DNA of 64,000 nucleotides from Malacoraja senta. Lineage: Eukaryota. A program made the position numbers and the translations under genes. The DNA is taken from NCBI GenBank assembly GCA_038087875.1, contig CM075989.1, positions 9,796,001 through 9,860,000 on the forward strand, written 5' to 3'. The notes beneath the pieces were generated by a model that ran no database searches, was not told the origin of the DNA, and saw only the letters and a list, made by a program, of their open reading frames with translations. Below, piece after piece: positions 24,781 to 38,745 of the stretch (its first letter is position 1; every line of letters starts with the position of its first letter).

Positions 24781-25199
24781 GCGCAAATCTTCTGACTGCA
24801 GAATTTGCATTCTCCATCCTGTCACACCTTTTGTCTTTTCATCTTATCTTTCATCTTCCATGCTGTAAAATTCTATGATTATGTATATTTGTTGCCCAAA
24901 ATTCTTGATTTCTTATATACTCAGCAGTTGAGTATTCATACCATGTCAACGTAGAGAATTCTAAATGGTTATAACTCTGTCTACAAGTAAATTTTGCCCT
25001 TTTCATCAGTCCAAAAGTGCTGAAACCCTAGCACCTGGTTCCAGACCATCCATTTCGAGAAACATATCTCTGCATCTCAGTTTCAGTTTGTTTAGTTTAT
25101 TGTCACGTATACAAGGTACAGTGAAATTTTTTTGTTGCATGCTATCCAGTCAGCAGAAAGCATGATTACAATCAAAGGTTTACAATGTATTACAGTACA

Positions 25200-25755
25200 A
25201 GGGAATAACTGTTCTTGTTGGCCCTTGTCCGAATCATATATATCTCAATGAGATTACCTCTTCCAAATGCCAGTGACGAGAGACCCAATCTTAATCAGTC
25301 TGTCCCCATAGGGCAGCCCCACCACCTCGGGAACCAATCTCATGAATCAAAGCAGCAACCAATTTTGTGACTAAGGTTCAGTGCCACTGAGCAAGTGTAT
25401 CCTTTTGATACTGCAAAAAAGATTTCACCGAAGAACATAGTCTCAGCATGACTTCGTACTTTTGTACTCAAGCCCTTTTGCAATAAAACCCAATGCACCA
25501 TTTGCTTTCTTAATTGCTTGCTGTAGTTCTACATTTACCTGCAGCATCTCATCAGCATGCACTCGGTACACCAATGTTTATTAGTTTCTTGCTGTTTTTC
25601 AGTTCTTCCTAATCTCACATTTCCCTACATCTGTGCCAACCATGCCATCTACTTAATCTGTGTTTCTTTGCAAATTCATTGTATCCTCTTCAGTTTATTC
25701 CCAGCTAGCTTCATATAATTTGCAAAAGAAAATATATTGTACTTGGTCTTCTCAT
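25200..25755 (-). mobile_element. Old CR1 fragment
   Basis: Decayed similarity to the young CR1 at 54938-55850 (cttttgtactc...aataaaacccaatgcaccatttgctttct). Confidence 0.55.
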
Positions 25756-26159
25756 TTATGCATGCACACATTGTTGTTATTTTAAAACCCAGATTGTGGT
25801 TATTGCCAGGATGCCAGTCCTGGTCTGATTTAAATGGTGTATAAAATACTTATCCCAATAGAACGATTTTTATGTTAATGTTTATACTATTCTGCTGAAC
25901 TCTTAGAATTTAAAACATTTGATATTTTATGTTTTCTAACTTAATTAAAGTCAATCATCCAGCTTCATTTCTCAGTGCCTTCCAATGGCCCTTTAAATGT
26001 TCTATTTTTTCATTTAAAAAAAAGGATTTTAGACCATTTTCTGATGGGTGGGAAGGAATCCAAATGACAATATCCCTTTTGCTTAAAAATAAAGTTATAA
26101 TCACTTTGTTTTTAGCGATTATCCTAAATCTGTTTACTCATTGCTGACTCTTAAACCTA

Positions 26160-27400
26160 TTGTGCAGGAAGGAACTGCAGATGGTGATTTAAATCGAAGA
26201 TAGACACAAAATGCTGGAGTATCTCAGCGGGACAGGCGGAATGGGTGATGTTTCAGGTTGAGACCTTTCTTCATACTGATGTTAGGGGAGTGGGAGGTAC
26301 ATAGATAAGGAAGTGGATAGATCGGGAAGTGTAAGGTGTGAAAACAGGTCAAAGGGAATGGAGATCAAGGAAAATGTAGAATAGATCATTATTAGTTGGG
26401 AGAAGGTAACAACAAAGCAAACAGATAAAATGTAGTCGGAGGCAGTATGACTGGTTGGAGAACTGGGAAGAGGGAGGGGATGGAGCGAGAGGGAAAGCAA
26501 GGATTACTTGAAGTTAGAGAAGTTATTGGTCATACTGCTGGTCTGTAAGCTGCCCAAGCAAAATATGAGGTGCTGTTCCTCCAATGTGTGCTGGGCCTCA
26601 CTCTGACTATGTAGGAGGCCCAGGACAGAAAGGTCAGTGTGGGAATGGGAGGGGGAGTAAAGTGTTTAGTGACTGGGAGATCAGGTAGGTTTAGGCGGAC
26701 TGAGCGGAGGTGTTCAGCAAAACGATCGATGAGCCTGCACTTGGTCTCATCGATATACAAGAATCCATACCTGGATCAGCAGATGCAATAGATGAGGTTG
26801 GAGGAGGTGCAAGTGAACTTCTGCCTCACCCGAAAAGACTGTCTGGGTCCTCGAACGGAGTTGAGGGGGGAGATATAGGGACAGGTGTTGCATCCCCTGT
26901 GTTTGCAGGGGAAAGTACCTGGGGAGGGGTGGTTTGAGTGGGAAGGGACAAGTTGACCAGGGAGTTGTGGAGGGAAAGGTCTCTGCGGAAAGCGGAAAGG
27001 GCTGGAGTTGGGAAGATGTGGCTAGTGGTGGGATCCCGTTGGAGGTGGCGAAAATGTCGGAGGATTATGTGCTGTATGCAACGGCTGATGGGGTGGAATG
27101 TGAGGACAAGGGGGCCCTGTTATGAATGGGGGGAGCGAGAGCGGAACTGTGGGAAATCGAGGAGACCCTAGTTTGGGCCTCATCTATACTGCCTAAAAAA
27201 TGAGGACATCTCCGATGACCTGGTATGGAACACCTCATCTTGGGCACAGATGCGGCGTAGACGGTGGAATTAGGAGTAGGGGATAGAGTATTTACAGGAA
27301 GCAGGGTGGGAAGAGTAGTCGAGATAGCTGTGGGAGTTAGTGGGTTTATAGTAGATGTCAGTTGATAATTTGTCTTCTGTGATGGAGACAGTGAGATCAA
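26160..27400 (-). mobile_element. Penelope-like retroelement, 5'-truncated (RT C-terminus, GIY-YIG, terminal repeat)
   Basis: LDLTVSITEDKLSTDIYYKPTNSHSYLDY.SSHPASCK.SIPYS and YIDETKCRLIDRFAEHLRSVRLNLPDLPV.KHF. Confidence 0.9.
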
Positions 27401-28864
27401 GTCTTAAACCTATAGATTGACCTTTGATTGACTTTATCAGAAACTTTTCAAAGTAATTCATATCAAATCATTTAATTAACTGCAGCAGGAGTGTTCTTCC
27501 TCAGATTCAAACTGATTTGTCAGTGGCGTGAATAAACTTTCAACACTTGAGGTAATATATGGACATTGATAAAAATAGCTTTGAATGATCCAGACACTGT
27601 AACTCAAATCACGTTGAAACTTGTATTAGTATTGGTTTATTTATTATGCTCTATTTGTACACCAGTATAATTTTTTTTTTGAGATCCATAGCTTAAAACT
27701 TCAGAAGGGTGGGAAATGGCTTTTTGCTTCTTAACCGCTGCAGGTAAAATGTACTGATTAATTCTGTTTGCATACTGATCTAGTGGTGCTATGGTTGCCA
27801 ATGACTGCCATATGTGCAATGTTCTTCAATCTCGGTACAGTAATGAACTCTTTTGTTTATGGCATCAACACTTTTTTTAAAAATGTGAGGGCAATTGATA
27901 AAGCATTTTGGACTAAAACATGTCACTCTACAAGTGTGGATGTTGCCAGTGGGTATAATAGCTAGTGCAGCGGTTGATTTAAATTGTACGAGACTTCATC
28001 AATATTCACTAAGATATTTGTGTTATTACAGAGGTGACAAGTTAAAGAATGTATTTGACAGTGTTATTTGCTGTGACAAAAATGCAATTCAAATCATTAT
28101 AACTGTTTCTCATAACTTTTTTCTTGTTTCTTGCAATTGGATTTCATTTACTGAATTTAATATTAGCTGTCCTTATTGGGGAAACTTTGAAATATTTGTA
28201 CAATCACTCATTGTATTAGATTTTCAATTCAAATAATTTAAAAAAAGCACTGTATTCATTCACAATAGTTTATATGCTATATTGAAAAGTAGGATTTTGA
28301 AACTTAGGACACTGGTTTATACTGTATTTTACCCTTAATTGTGGTAATTGTAAGGTGCTAATAGCCTTCAAAATATTTTTGCTTTGCCTTGATTTTTTTC
28401 AAAAAGTGGGTTCTTTATTCAGGTTCTTTGCTGTTTGTCATTTCTCTGCTTAAACATACTAATCCCTTTGGCTTCCTCCTTCCTGAAGACTTTTTTTCTA
28501 GTTACATCTATTTCATCTTGGGCTAAATAATTTCTTGTGGTTAGTCCCAAGCCTTGTTAATTGTATCCTAGTCCTAGATTTCTGAAGAATTTTAAACCTG
28601 CCATATGAAATTTGGCAATTAATCATGGGTAATCTTGTGTAATCTTCAGTCTCCAGTTAATAGTTTCTGATCTTTGGCATTGCATTTTCACTTCTTTTCC
28701 ACCTTATCTTCGGAGAAGAAGAATACACACATGTCAATTTGTGTGTTGGTGGTGTGTGTCTTTCATGTCTTCTCGTATGTGTTTGGTGTGGAGGAGTGAG
28801 TCATGTGTATAAATGCTGCCACCTTGGTTGTCCCTGTCTGTGTGATTTCAAATGTTTCCAAGTG

Positions 28865-29100
28865 ATGGGTGGTGCAGCTGGTAGAGTCATTGTTTCACAG
28901 TTCCAATTACCTGGTTTTGATCCCGACCTCTGACGGTGTCCGTGTGCAGAATTCGCGCATTCTCCCTGTGACCATATTTCCCTTGTGCGCTTCGGTTTCC
29001 TCCCACATTTTACACAGGCAGGGTGGTAGGTTAATTACCCGCTGTAAATTGTGCCTAATTTGCAGTAGAATATGGGGTGAAATGAATATGGGAATTAAAA
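28865..29100 (+). mobile_element. Degenerate V-SINE
   Basis: ggtggtgcagctggtagag head and cttcggtttcctcccaca core. Confidence 0.65.
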
Positions 29101-31219
29101 CTAGATCAGTTGACAGTCAGCAGAGACTGCTCCTAAACTCATTTTATTTGGTCCTGCATACTGAATATCCTCTGAGTTCTGCATTGTGCCTCTAAAATGT
29201 AGGATCTTGCATTGGATACATTAACTGAGACCTAACCAATGATTTTTACATGTTTACCAAGATTGGTATCTGTGGGAGAAATTTGGATTTTCAGCTCCTA
29301 TCTGCAGCTATCAATCTGTCATCCAAGCATTTACTTTACATCTTGGAACACATTTCTGAGCCCATTATTTATTGCCCATTCAATTATTCTTGAGCAGATG
29401 GTGATGGACCACCACCAGCCTTGTGTTGAAGGTATCTGCAATATGCTTCTGGGTAGGAGTTCTGGAACTTGGGTCCAACAGTGAAGAAAGAATGGCTCAG
29501 TATTTCCAAGTTAGGATGGTGTTTGATATGAATGTGATTTTCCCAGTTTCTGCCTCACTTGTCCTTGGGTAGTAGAGATCTTTGGACTTAGGAGGTGCTG
29601 TTAAATAAATCTTGGTGGGTTACACAATGGCCACAGTGCACGGATACATATTAGTTACAGTGCTGTAGTGATGAGTGAATGAACATTTAGAGTGCTGAAT
29701 ATGACTGCCAGTCAAGGTGATAGCTTTGTCCTGGATGGTGTTGGAACTACAATCAAATAGGCACGTGAAGAACATTCTTGACTTTTTAATTTGTAGATGG
29801 TAGAAGCATTCTGGCCAGTTGAGTGGTGAATTACATGCTGTAAGATCCATATATTTGGTTGTAGGCATTTTGAAGGGTCTTCATTCATATTAACTAGGAA
29901 ACTAATAAAACAAATTTTCATTTAGTGCTTTGTTGAACCATATTTTGAATGAAATCCTTGAAGCTAGCACAGAAAAGAGTCTAGAATTCAATGCATCTGA
30001 GTTGAGCTTTAATCCCAGGCTCCACAAAAGAAAGAAATGTGCCAGAGAATATTCAGCTGTCGTTAATAAAGCCTGATAAAGACATTGCGATATTGTTGTT
30101 TTCTCTCCCCTTTGCTCCCAGGAAGAAATAAAAGTGAAAAACTCTCACAATGAGCAATTTATGTAACAATTACAATCAAAGACTAATCACTAGGAATCTT
30201 AGTGTTTCTTTTTAAATTACTTCACTATTGGAACTATTCTGTGCAATTTGCATTTTAGTTGGAGCTGGTAAAATTTTACGTAATGATCGTTTTAAACAGG
30301 CACTGCTTATCTAAGCTGTTAACTTGCTCTTTTTTGAAGTATTGAGAAACTTAATTCTTTCCTGAATGTATTTGCATTTACACTATTGCCTTAATGCCAC
30401 TGTGTAGCGAAAGCCACTTTATACATAAATTGGTTGAGAATGAATTTGCTGCAAGGTATGAATTCTCAGTATGATTCTCTGTAACTCTGTTGGAATTGCT
30501 TCGGAATCCTTGAAGAAACGCTGAACATTCAATTTAAAAAAAAAAAAAAAAAATTGTGTGTTTCAGTCGCACGTTAATAAATGTTAGGTAGACATCCAGG
30601 AGGACCTTGCAGAGATTCACCACTATATTGTCAATGCATCCTTGTGCAATTCAGTCTACTCACCAAATTTTGTTTTTGAGGGTGATATGAAGCTAGAACC
30701 CATATTTCCTTTGTGAATGTTATTAATTTTGAAAGCTCTGTGAATACATATTTTCAAGGTTTCAAGATCAGTTTATTGTCACATGTACCAATTAAGGTAC
30801 AGTGAAATTTGAGTACTTTTGAAGTACTAAGATCAGATTGGATCCCTGTTTTATTTTGCACTGATCTCTCGGGCTGCATTTGGAATGAAATGCTGCATTT
30901 GTTCTGTGTAGGACAAAACTCAGTACAAGTAATCCCTCTTCTGGATAGTTGTACTTAAGGCACAAATAACTTTGCATAGATTGGTATCAATCCTTGAATA
31001 TTAAGAATGTTGTTTTGGGCCTGATACAACAAACTTAAAAACTCTGCTTGGAACCATCCATAGTTTCCAATTCAAAAGTATTTTTATTACAACTTGCAAC
31101 ACCTTCCTGAGATTGTTTTTAGGACCTTTCTGTCAACCCAACCAGTTTGATTTGTACTCTGTGCATCCACCTAATTAATAGGTCTACTAACAAAGCTAAC
31201 AGAATGTACTACATTGGCA

Positions 31220-31575
31220 CAGGAATAGGCCATCACAATCTCAGATATATATGCGCTCTTGCATTTGACATTTCCACCTTGGAGGAGGGGTGGGAGTGGA
31301 GAGACCATGACTAAATACTTATCCATGCCTCTCATAATTTTATAAACTTCAAGTTTGTCCAACGTGTTCTACAAGCTAGCTGTATCTTTGCCATCCTCCC
31401 AGTAATTTGGTAACCAGAACTGCACACAGCGCTCCAAATGTGACCTAACTGAAATTTTAAACAGCTGCACCATGACTTGCCAATGTTAATATACTCATTG
31501 CCCTGACTGATAATGGCAGGTAATCAGCATGCTTTCTTCACCATCCTGTCTACTTGTATAGCAGCTTTCAGGGAG
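31220..31575 (-). mobile_element. Old CR1 fragment
   Basis: ccagaactgcacacagcgctccaaatgtgacct (RSHLERCVQFW remnant); EVYKIMRGMD. Confidence 0.7.
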
Positions 31576-32559
31576 CAGTGGTCTCACTGGACCAGATAGG
31601 CTTCTGCAACAAGCTGATTGTTTAATGAAGACCATTACTGATACTAGCTTTTAATTCCACCTTAATTACTTGAATTTAATTTCTCCAGTCCTTGGTGAGA
31701 TTCCAACTCTTGTCAATGCTCAATACAGCAGAATGTTAATCAGTGACTAAACCACTTTGCTACAGTACCCCAAACTTTAAAATGATACCCTCTTATGCTG
31801 GATTGCCCTTTAGCTGAAATAACTATTTGAATTTTGGAATGATTTAAAATATCTCAATCAGATCTTCCTTCATGCATCTGCATTTCTTGGGTCTCTATAT
31901 TCCTTATTTTTAGTTTTGAGGGGGAAAAAGTATTATGTTTGGTCTATTTAATAGTTTTTAATGATCTATGCATAGAAACTGAAATCCTTTATCCTATTGC
32001 TATTCATTTACCATTAACAAACTACTTTGAAAAGCAGAAAAAAAACTGCAGATACTTGAAACCTGAAATAAATATGAATGCCAGAAATACTTGGGTCAGG
32101 TCATAATTTCAGACATCCAGCGTTTCCATTTTCTATCAAAACTGGCCAGTTTTTCTTCCTCTGCAGATGCTACTTGATCTCCTGAGCATTTCCAGTGTTT
32201 GCTGTGTTTTGAATTCAGCATTGTTTAATTTCTCCCCTCAGTTCTCTTTCATCTCCATTTTTTTCCATCTCCACACACACTAGCTCTGATTCAAAAGTCC
32301 TCATCAACTTCTCGTAGCCAGCACCTTTACCACTTGTGTCATTGTCTTGATCCCCACCCTTTAAGATACATTCCTTTGCTCTCTAAACCACATCCCCTTC
32401 TCCACAACTTAAAATGTTTGAGTTTTAACGTAACCTGGTTCTGATGAAAAATCATCAATCTAAAATGTTCTTATAAAATGTCTGATTTATTTAGCATCTA
32501 TCCAAAGTGAATGACTTAATTCTCCACCACCCTCCCACTTACCAGTGAATACTATCCGA

Positions 32560-33550
32560 CATAGAATGTAGAACCAGTACAGCACACAAACAGGTCTTGC
32601 GTTGCTTGTGCTGATCGTGCCAAATTAAATTAATCTCTCTTGCCTGCACATGTTACATATCCCTCCATTCCCTGCACTTTCATGTGCCTTTCTAAAAGTC
32701 TTTTAAATACCACTATCATATTTGCTTTCAACACGACCCCTGGCAGCATGTTCCTGGCACTTGCCATTCTGTGTAACAAAAACATGCATGTCTACTTTAA
32801 TCTGTCCTGCTCTTATCTTACAGCTATACCCTCTAATACTGGACATTTCCACCCTGGGCAAAATGATTCTGACTGTCAACCCTAACTATGCCTCTCATCA
32901 TTTTATAAACTTCCATCAGGTCCCCCCTCAACCTTTGCTCTGCATAAAACAATCCAAGTTTGTCCAATCTCGCTTTATATTTAATGGCCTCTAATCCAGG
33001 CAGCATCCTGATTAATTTCTACCTAGAGGCTGCAGAGAGTGATGGACTAGGCCCTGTTCCATTATGGATACAAGCTTACCCACAGATGAAAGAATCTACA
33101 TGTGGCATTGGCTCAATTAGGCAGCATCAAGCATCAAGGATCCACACCAACCAAATTAGGCCCGCTTCTCACTGCTGCTTTCAGAGAGAGTACAGAGGCC
33201 TAGAGTCCTACAACAGCTGGTTCAGGAAAAGCTATTTTCCTACAATTATAGGTTTATTGAACTGACTCGCACAACCCTAATCCCATCTCAGCAACAGAAC
33301 TCTACCAATGTTACCAAGTAGTATTGTACTACAATGCTCTTATCTTGCCTAATTATGTTTTGGATGGATGTCTTGTACTTGTTTTCTGCATAGTTTTTCT
33401 TTCTTGTTCCTGTCTTGCAGAATTTGAGTAATTTATAAATTATGTATAATTTGTTTTTGTGTGTCATGTGAGTTTGTATGCCTATGATACTGCTGCAAGC
33501 AAGATTTTCATTGTAACTGAACTTGTGCCTATGACAATAAACTCAACTCC
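32560..33550. mobile_element. CR1 3' fragment (-, 32560-33020) and Rex1-like 3' end (+, ~33130-33550)
   Basis: CR1 tail tagaatgtagaac and LMEVYKMMRG-like segment; FRKSYFPTIIGLLN-stop and gacaataaactcaactc tail. Confidence 0.6.
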
Positions 33551-34997
33551 ATGTGAAAGAACGGAAGAGTGTGGCTAATTGGTTGTCTCTACCAAAGAAC
33601 CAGCGAAATCATGATGGGCATTGTCCTTCTAGGATGCATCATTCCATGACTTTAATAAATGCAACATCGTTTCTGCATCTTTATTGCGGAATTAACTAGT
33701 GATAACTAAAATGCATTGTATAGCTAGTATGCTGCAAGGAACTACATAACATTTGATACAAACAATGAGATTCAGTTATCTTCAATGAAACATTCAGAAT
33801 GTGTAATTTGTAATACCTTATTTACCATACATTCACTGAAATGCTAAGAACACAATTCCCAGCCTTCATTTCAAATGCTTTAGGAAAATGCCTCAAATAT
33901 GAATTATGTTGCTCTGCTTTTAACAGTGCTGCTTTGACACCATGCTATTTGTTTTTATTCAGTTTGGGACTTTAAACTGTGCTCCCTTTTATCCTTCTCT
34001 GTCTTGCAAACACATTTTTAAAGATGCAAAAGTTACAAGGCATAATGCTGTCAGTTCACAGTTACGGGATAAACTTAACTGGATTCGGGCAACAGCGGCT
34101 TTGATTTACACTCAGTTTAAAGTTTTGCAAAGTGCACTTGTCACCTATACAAAACTTGTAAGTATGGATGTACTTTTAAACCCAGAGCTGGCATCATCTT
34201 GATGTTAGTTCATGATTTATATTGTCTTATTTTTTTCCCTTTTTAAATACGTTGCTGTTCTGTTACAAGGAGCCTTGACCTTGCAACCAAATTCCTCAAG
34301 AATAAAACATTTTGATTGATGAGTCTGTGTAGTGGATACTGAAACCTGCTTGAGTTTGGGGAAGGTTATTTCCTTTGAGGTTTGGAATTACTTTGCAATA
34401 TAATGCTGTTTTCAATATTTTGTGATATTTGGAGTTTTTGCAGCCCCGGACTATTTGAACACTGTCGCCAGACTGTATAACCACAACCAAACTAAGACAC
34501 AATTAATGGATGTTCTGTAATTGCCCCATTCTCTGTATACATGTGTCTGACTTTTAACTCATTTAGTCAATTAGTCCAGTAATTTGATCTACCAAAAATA
34601 GTGTGTGGTCTGGGTTAGCTGGGTTAGCTAATTTACTGAGGTAATTTTCTCAAGGTTAAGTATATTGAATATATAACACAGAATTGTTTCAGTTCACAAA
34701 GCTTTAGGACCAGCAATATAGTTTTGTTTGGTACACCTGTCAAAACTGAATGTTATTGTCTATTGTTATCTGGAGACATAAAAAGACATAAAAAAATAAT
34801 AATAAATGTTGTCCAGTCTTAAATGGTAAGTTCTCCATACTTTTGGACCATTTCTCAAACTATTTTTCCGGAGGACACCTGTTAAGTGTAGAGTTCGAAT
34901 TGTTCCAACTCCAATCTCTGGCCTCATGCAAGATAACTCTTCATTAGTGCCCTTGAAAATTTAAGTTCACTATTGTACAACAAGAGACACCATAATA

Positions 34998-35310
34998 GTG
35001 AAAGGCCTGGATAGAATGAATGTGGAGAGGATGTTTTCACTAGTGGGAGTCTAAGACCAGAGGCCATAGCCTCAGAATAAAAGGATGTACCTTTAGAATG
35101 GCGATAAGAAGGAATTTCTTTCATCAGAGGGTGGTGAATCTGTGGAATTCATTGCCACAGATGGCCGTGGGGGCCAAGTCAATGGATATTTTTAAGGCAG
35201 AGATTGACAATTCTTGATTGCTAATGGTGTCAGGGTTGTGGGGCAAAGGCAGGAAAATGAGTTTGATAGGGGTGTAGATTTGATGGGCCGAATGGCCTTA
35301 TTCTGCCCTG
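34998..35310 (+). mobile_element. CR1/HER1 LINE 3' end
   Basis: gaccagaggccatagcctcagaataaaagg...agagggtggtgaatctgtggaattcattgcc. Confidence 0.85.
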
Positions 35311-37364
35311 AGAATTGGTAATCAAACCTAGTTCTGATATTATTTGTGAAAGTTCATGTCAATCAACTGTGAATGGGAATACTACTGGATCTATACGGGG
35401 TAATGTTACTGTGTCCAGACTGCTTACCAATGGAAAAGCTTCATTATAAGCATAACGAGCACGAAGGAAGTAGATTTCTTCTGTTCCGTCTCATCTGTCC
35501 CACATATTCAGATACCTACAACACTACAACATATACATTCCATCTTGCATGCAAAACAACAATGTATTAGGGAAAACAAAATCAGATTTTAAAAAAACGG
35601 TAATGAGTTCTCATTAAATTCACAGACCACGAGCTTCTCTTCTTTGGGAGGGGAAAAAACAGCTTCTGACATTTAACGTACAGTTGATAGAAACATAAAA
35701 TTGTAATTACCAATCCTTGTCAACCAATAGTTTTATGTTCTACATAACATCCATTCAAGAAGGAATTTGCCATTGGATTTAATGAAGATGCATTGATGTT
35801 GCTTTGAAAACATTGTCATTTAAAATATATAGTGCATTCCTGCAAATATTAGAAAAATAATAACAGAAAAAAAGATCTGACCCTTCAACACGAAAGGTTT
35901 TAAGAAATTATTTAAATGATAAGACTATTGCTTTTGTTTTAATCATTTACTGAAAAACTACATAATTAAAATTACAAATGTTCTATTTAAAAATGACAGA
36001 AATAAAATGCATCCCACGATAAGTATTAATTCTGTGATTAGTGATTCATGAGGTACTTATGCATTGTAAAGCATAAATTATTTAGGAAGAAAAATCACAT
36101 TAATTTTATTGTTACTCAGATATTTATAGGGGTGGCAGAAACAATTATATAACCCCTGAAGCATTTACATTCAAGTCCAATCATTAGCAGAGGCCAAACC
36201 AATTTTGTTTGGTGCACTGGCCTAACCTGCTGTGTCTTGGTGTTTCACATTTTTCTCAGATTTTTCTGTATGAAAGATATCTTGTAGGACATCGTCATGG
36301 ATGCATCTTTTTCACAGATTTATGCTTCTAAGTAAGACAAAATACTTTGGGCACCAAAGATGAAAATATCAGCAAAGAAAACCATTGCATATTTCAACAA
36401 CTTTAATTGTCTGTTTCAACACGTAATGAACATTGTTTATTAATGTAATTGAACAGGACACTTAGCTCTATGAATATTAATGCTGGGCCTGATTTTTCAC
36501 TATATTGACAGAATGGGTTGAGTATAGTCCAAGTGTCATGTTAATCCATTCTGTTTTAAAACATTCCATTAGTGAGCAAATGCAGAATTGTATTTGACTC
36601 TACGGCCAGGTGGACCATGAAAGTCATAGGCTTGATCCGTGAACTGTTCTTTTGGCTGATCACCACAAGGGCAGACAGGAACATAAACTGTTTCCTTGTC
36701 CCCTGGACTTGGGTGTTAAATGCTGATGCATTGTATACTGGATTCCCACTGCCCTCACCCAAGTGACTCTTTTCATGTATAAGCTCTGTCAGCATTGGAG
36801 AGCTATGGAGGCGTCACATTTAACCCACTATTCTCGACTGACATTTGCATGTGTTTTCTGTTTGAAGAATAATTACAGCCTAAAATGGATTATTTGGCAA
36901 AGTAGTTCTTTCATGTTCTTCACCAACTTACTCAGATGATGAGGCAATAGGGCTGAGACCCTATTGCCTCATTTTACTTGCATCATCTAAGCCAAAAACA
37001 TATTCTTCCAAATCCTTCCATCTCGAGGATCTATCCTGCTTCCTCGTAAGCATGTCAGTGCCATTCACCATATACACACCACATTCACTGTGGCAGAGTT
37101 TGGCATTCCATGGACTTTGCAGATGAAAACGTTTCTGCTAAATTTATTTTAGAGATAAGTCAGAATTAGGAACTCTACAGACGAGTTTAACCAAACCAGT
37201 GGGGAAAATACAGGAATCAGCAGCAAAGTACTCTGAAATCAGTGGAGAGTAATATTTGATAAAATGTACCTCTCACGGTCCTCACAATCCCATTTGTTTC
37301 CTGCCCAGCATATTAGGTTAAACATTTCCCCTATTATATCCTACTCACTCACTCACTTTTCAAT

Positions 37365-38325
37365 TACAGACTCGAGGTCCAGATAAAAGACAAGACATTA
37401 CATACAATAAATTACATACAAAAGCACAGTTCATGCTTTTAAAATCGAGAATTAAAAAAATCAGTGACCTACAACGAGACATCTATACCAATTCCCCCTT
37501 GTCTGACACCATTGCTAACACCAATTGGGGCTGAGACCCTATTGCCTCATTTTACTTGCATAGTCTGGTGGGCATACCAGTAAGCCAGAATTCTCACAAT
37601 GTTTTTAGACACCCCTTTTGACTCCATTTAACAAACAACTTTCTATGATTAACACGATCGAAGGCTTTGGAAGCATCAATAAAGCACATAAGAATTGATG
37701 AGTTTTTACCTCTATTTGTTTACAATTTCCTTTAATGCATATACACGTCAGTGCCATGTTTAGCTTTAAAACCAAACTGGTTATCTGTAGAGTTAACAAA
37801 CTCATTTAATCTATCCAGCAGAATTCTTTCTAGGACTTTTGACAGTATGCTGGCTAAAGCTATGGGCCTGTAATTATTTAGGCTGCCTACTTTACCAGCT
37901 TTGTCCTTAATGACTGGCACTAACATTGAGTCTGTTAACAAGCCATGAATCATAAAGCCAGTAAAACAAATAGCAAGGAGAGGAGCTATCCTCATACTGG
38001 CATATTTAAGATGTTGAGCAGAAATATGATCTAAGCTACTTGCTTTGTTGTCGGACAGCTTGTTCATAGCTTGATACACCTCATGTGACATAATCACCAT
38101 TGAATCATTACTCTCAATATTGTCCACCCTATACAAATCACCTTGGACAGTTGAATAGAGTACTGTAATGCTGTCGCCATAACTCTGCGATATTAGCTGT
38201 TCTAGAGATTCCATCTGCAGTGCATGGTAGAGATGTTTTGCAGTCATTAAGAACTCTCGCTTCTTTCCAAAAATCAGTAGCATTGTTATTTAGCAGCGTC
38301 TTAGCCATGGAATCAGCCGTCGTGG
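37365..38325 (-). mobile_element. Non-LTR retrotransposon RT fragment, probably RTE-X clade
   Basis: LVPVIKDKAGKVGSLNNYRPIALASILSKVLE...DNQFGFKAKHGTD, FIDASKAFDRVNH, NGVRQGG; internally deleted and with stops. Clade assignment from memory. Confidence 0.8.
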
Positions 38326-38479
38326 CTTAAATAAATCCATTGATTTAATGGTTTTATATTCTTGACTGAATCAAAAGCTCCCAGGTACAAGCCCGTTACT
38401 GGACCTAAAGTAACGGGCACATCATCTGCTAATGTGTTGTATTTACAGGATACCCAGCTGTATCAGAACAATCTTAAGT

Positions 38480-38745
38480 GTTTAGAGAGAGACAGCATGG
38501 AAACGGGCCCTTCAGCTCACTGAGTCCACACTGACCATCAATCATCCATTCACACTTATTCCATGGTATCCCACTTGGTCCATCCAGTCCCTACACACTT
38601 GTGGGTTAATTGGCCTCTGTAAATTATCCCAAGCCCACACATCTTTGGGATGTGGAGGGAGACTGGAGGAAGCCCACATGGTCACTGGGAGAATGTGAAA
38701 ACCACACAGAATGCACCTGAGGTCAGGGTCTACCAGCTGTGCTAC
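38480..38745 (-). mobile_element. V-SINE/HE1-type SINE
   Basis: Reverse-complement match to 14968-15285. Confidence 0.75.
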
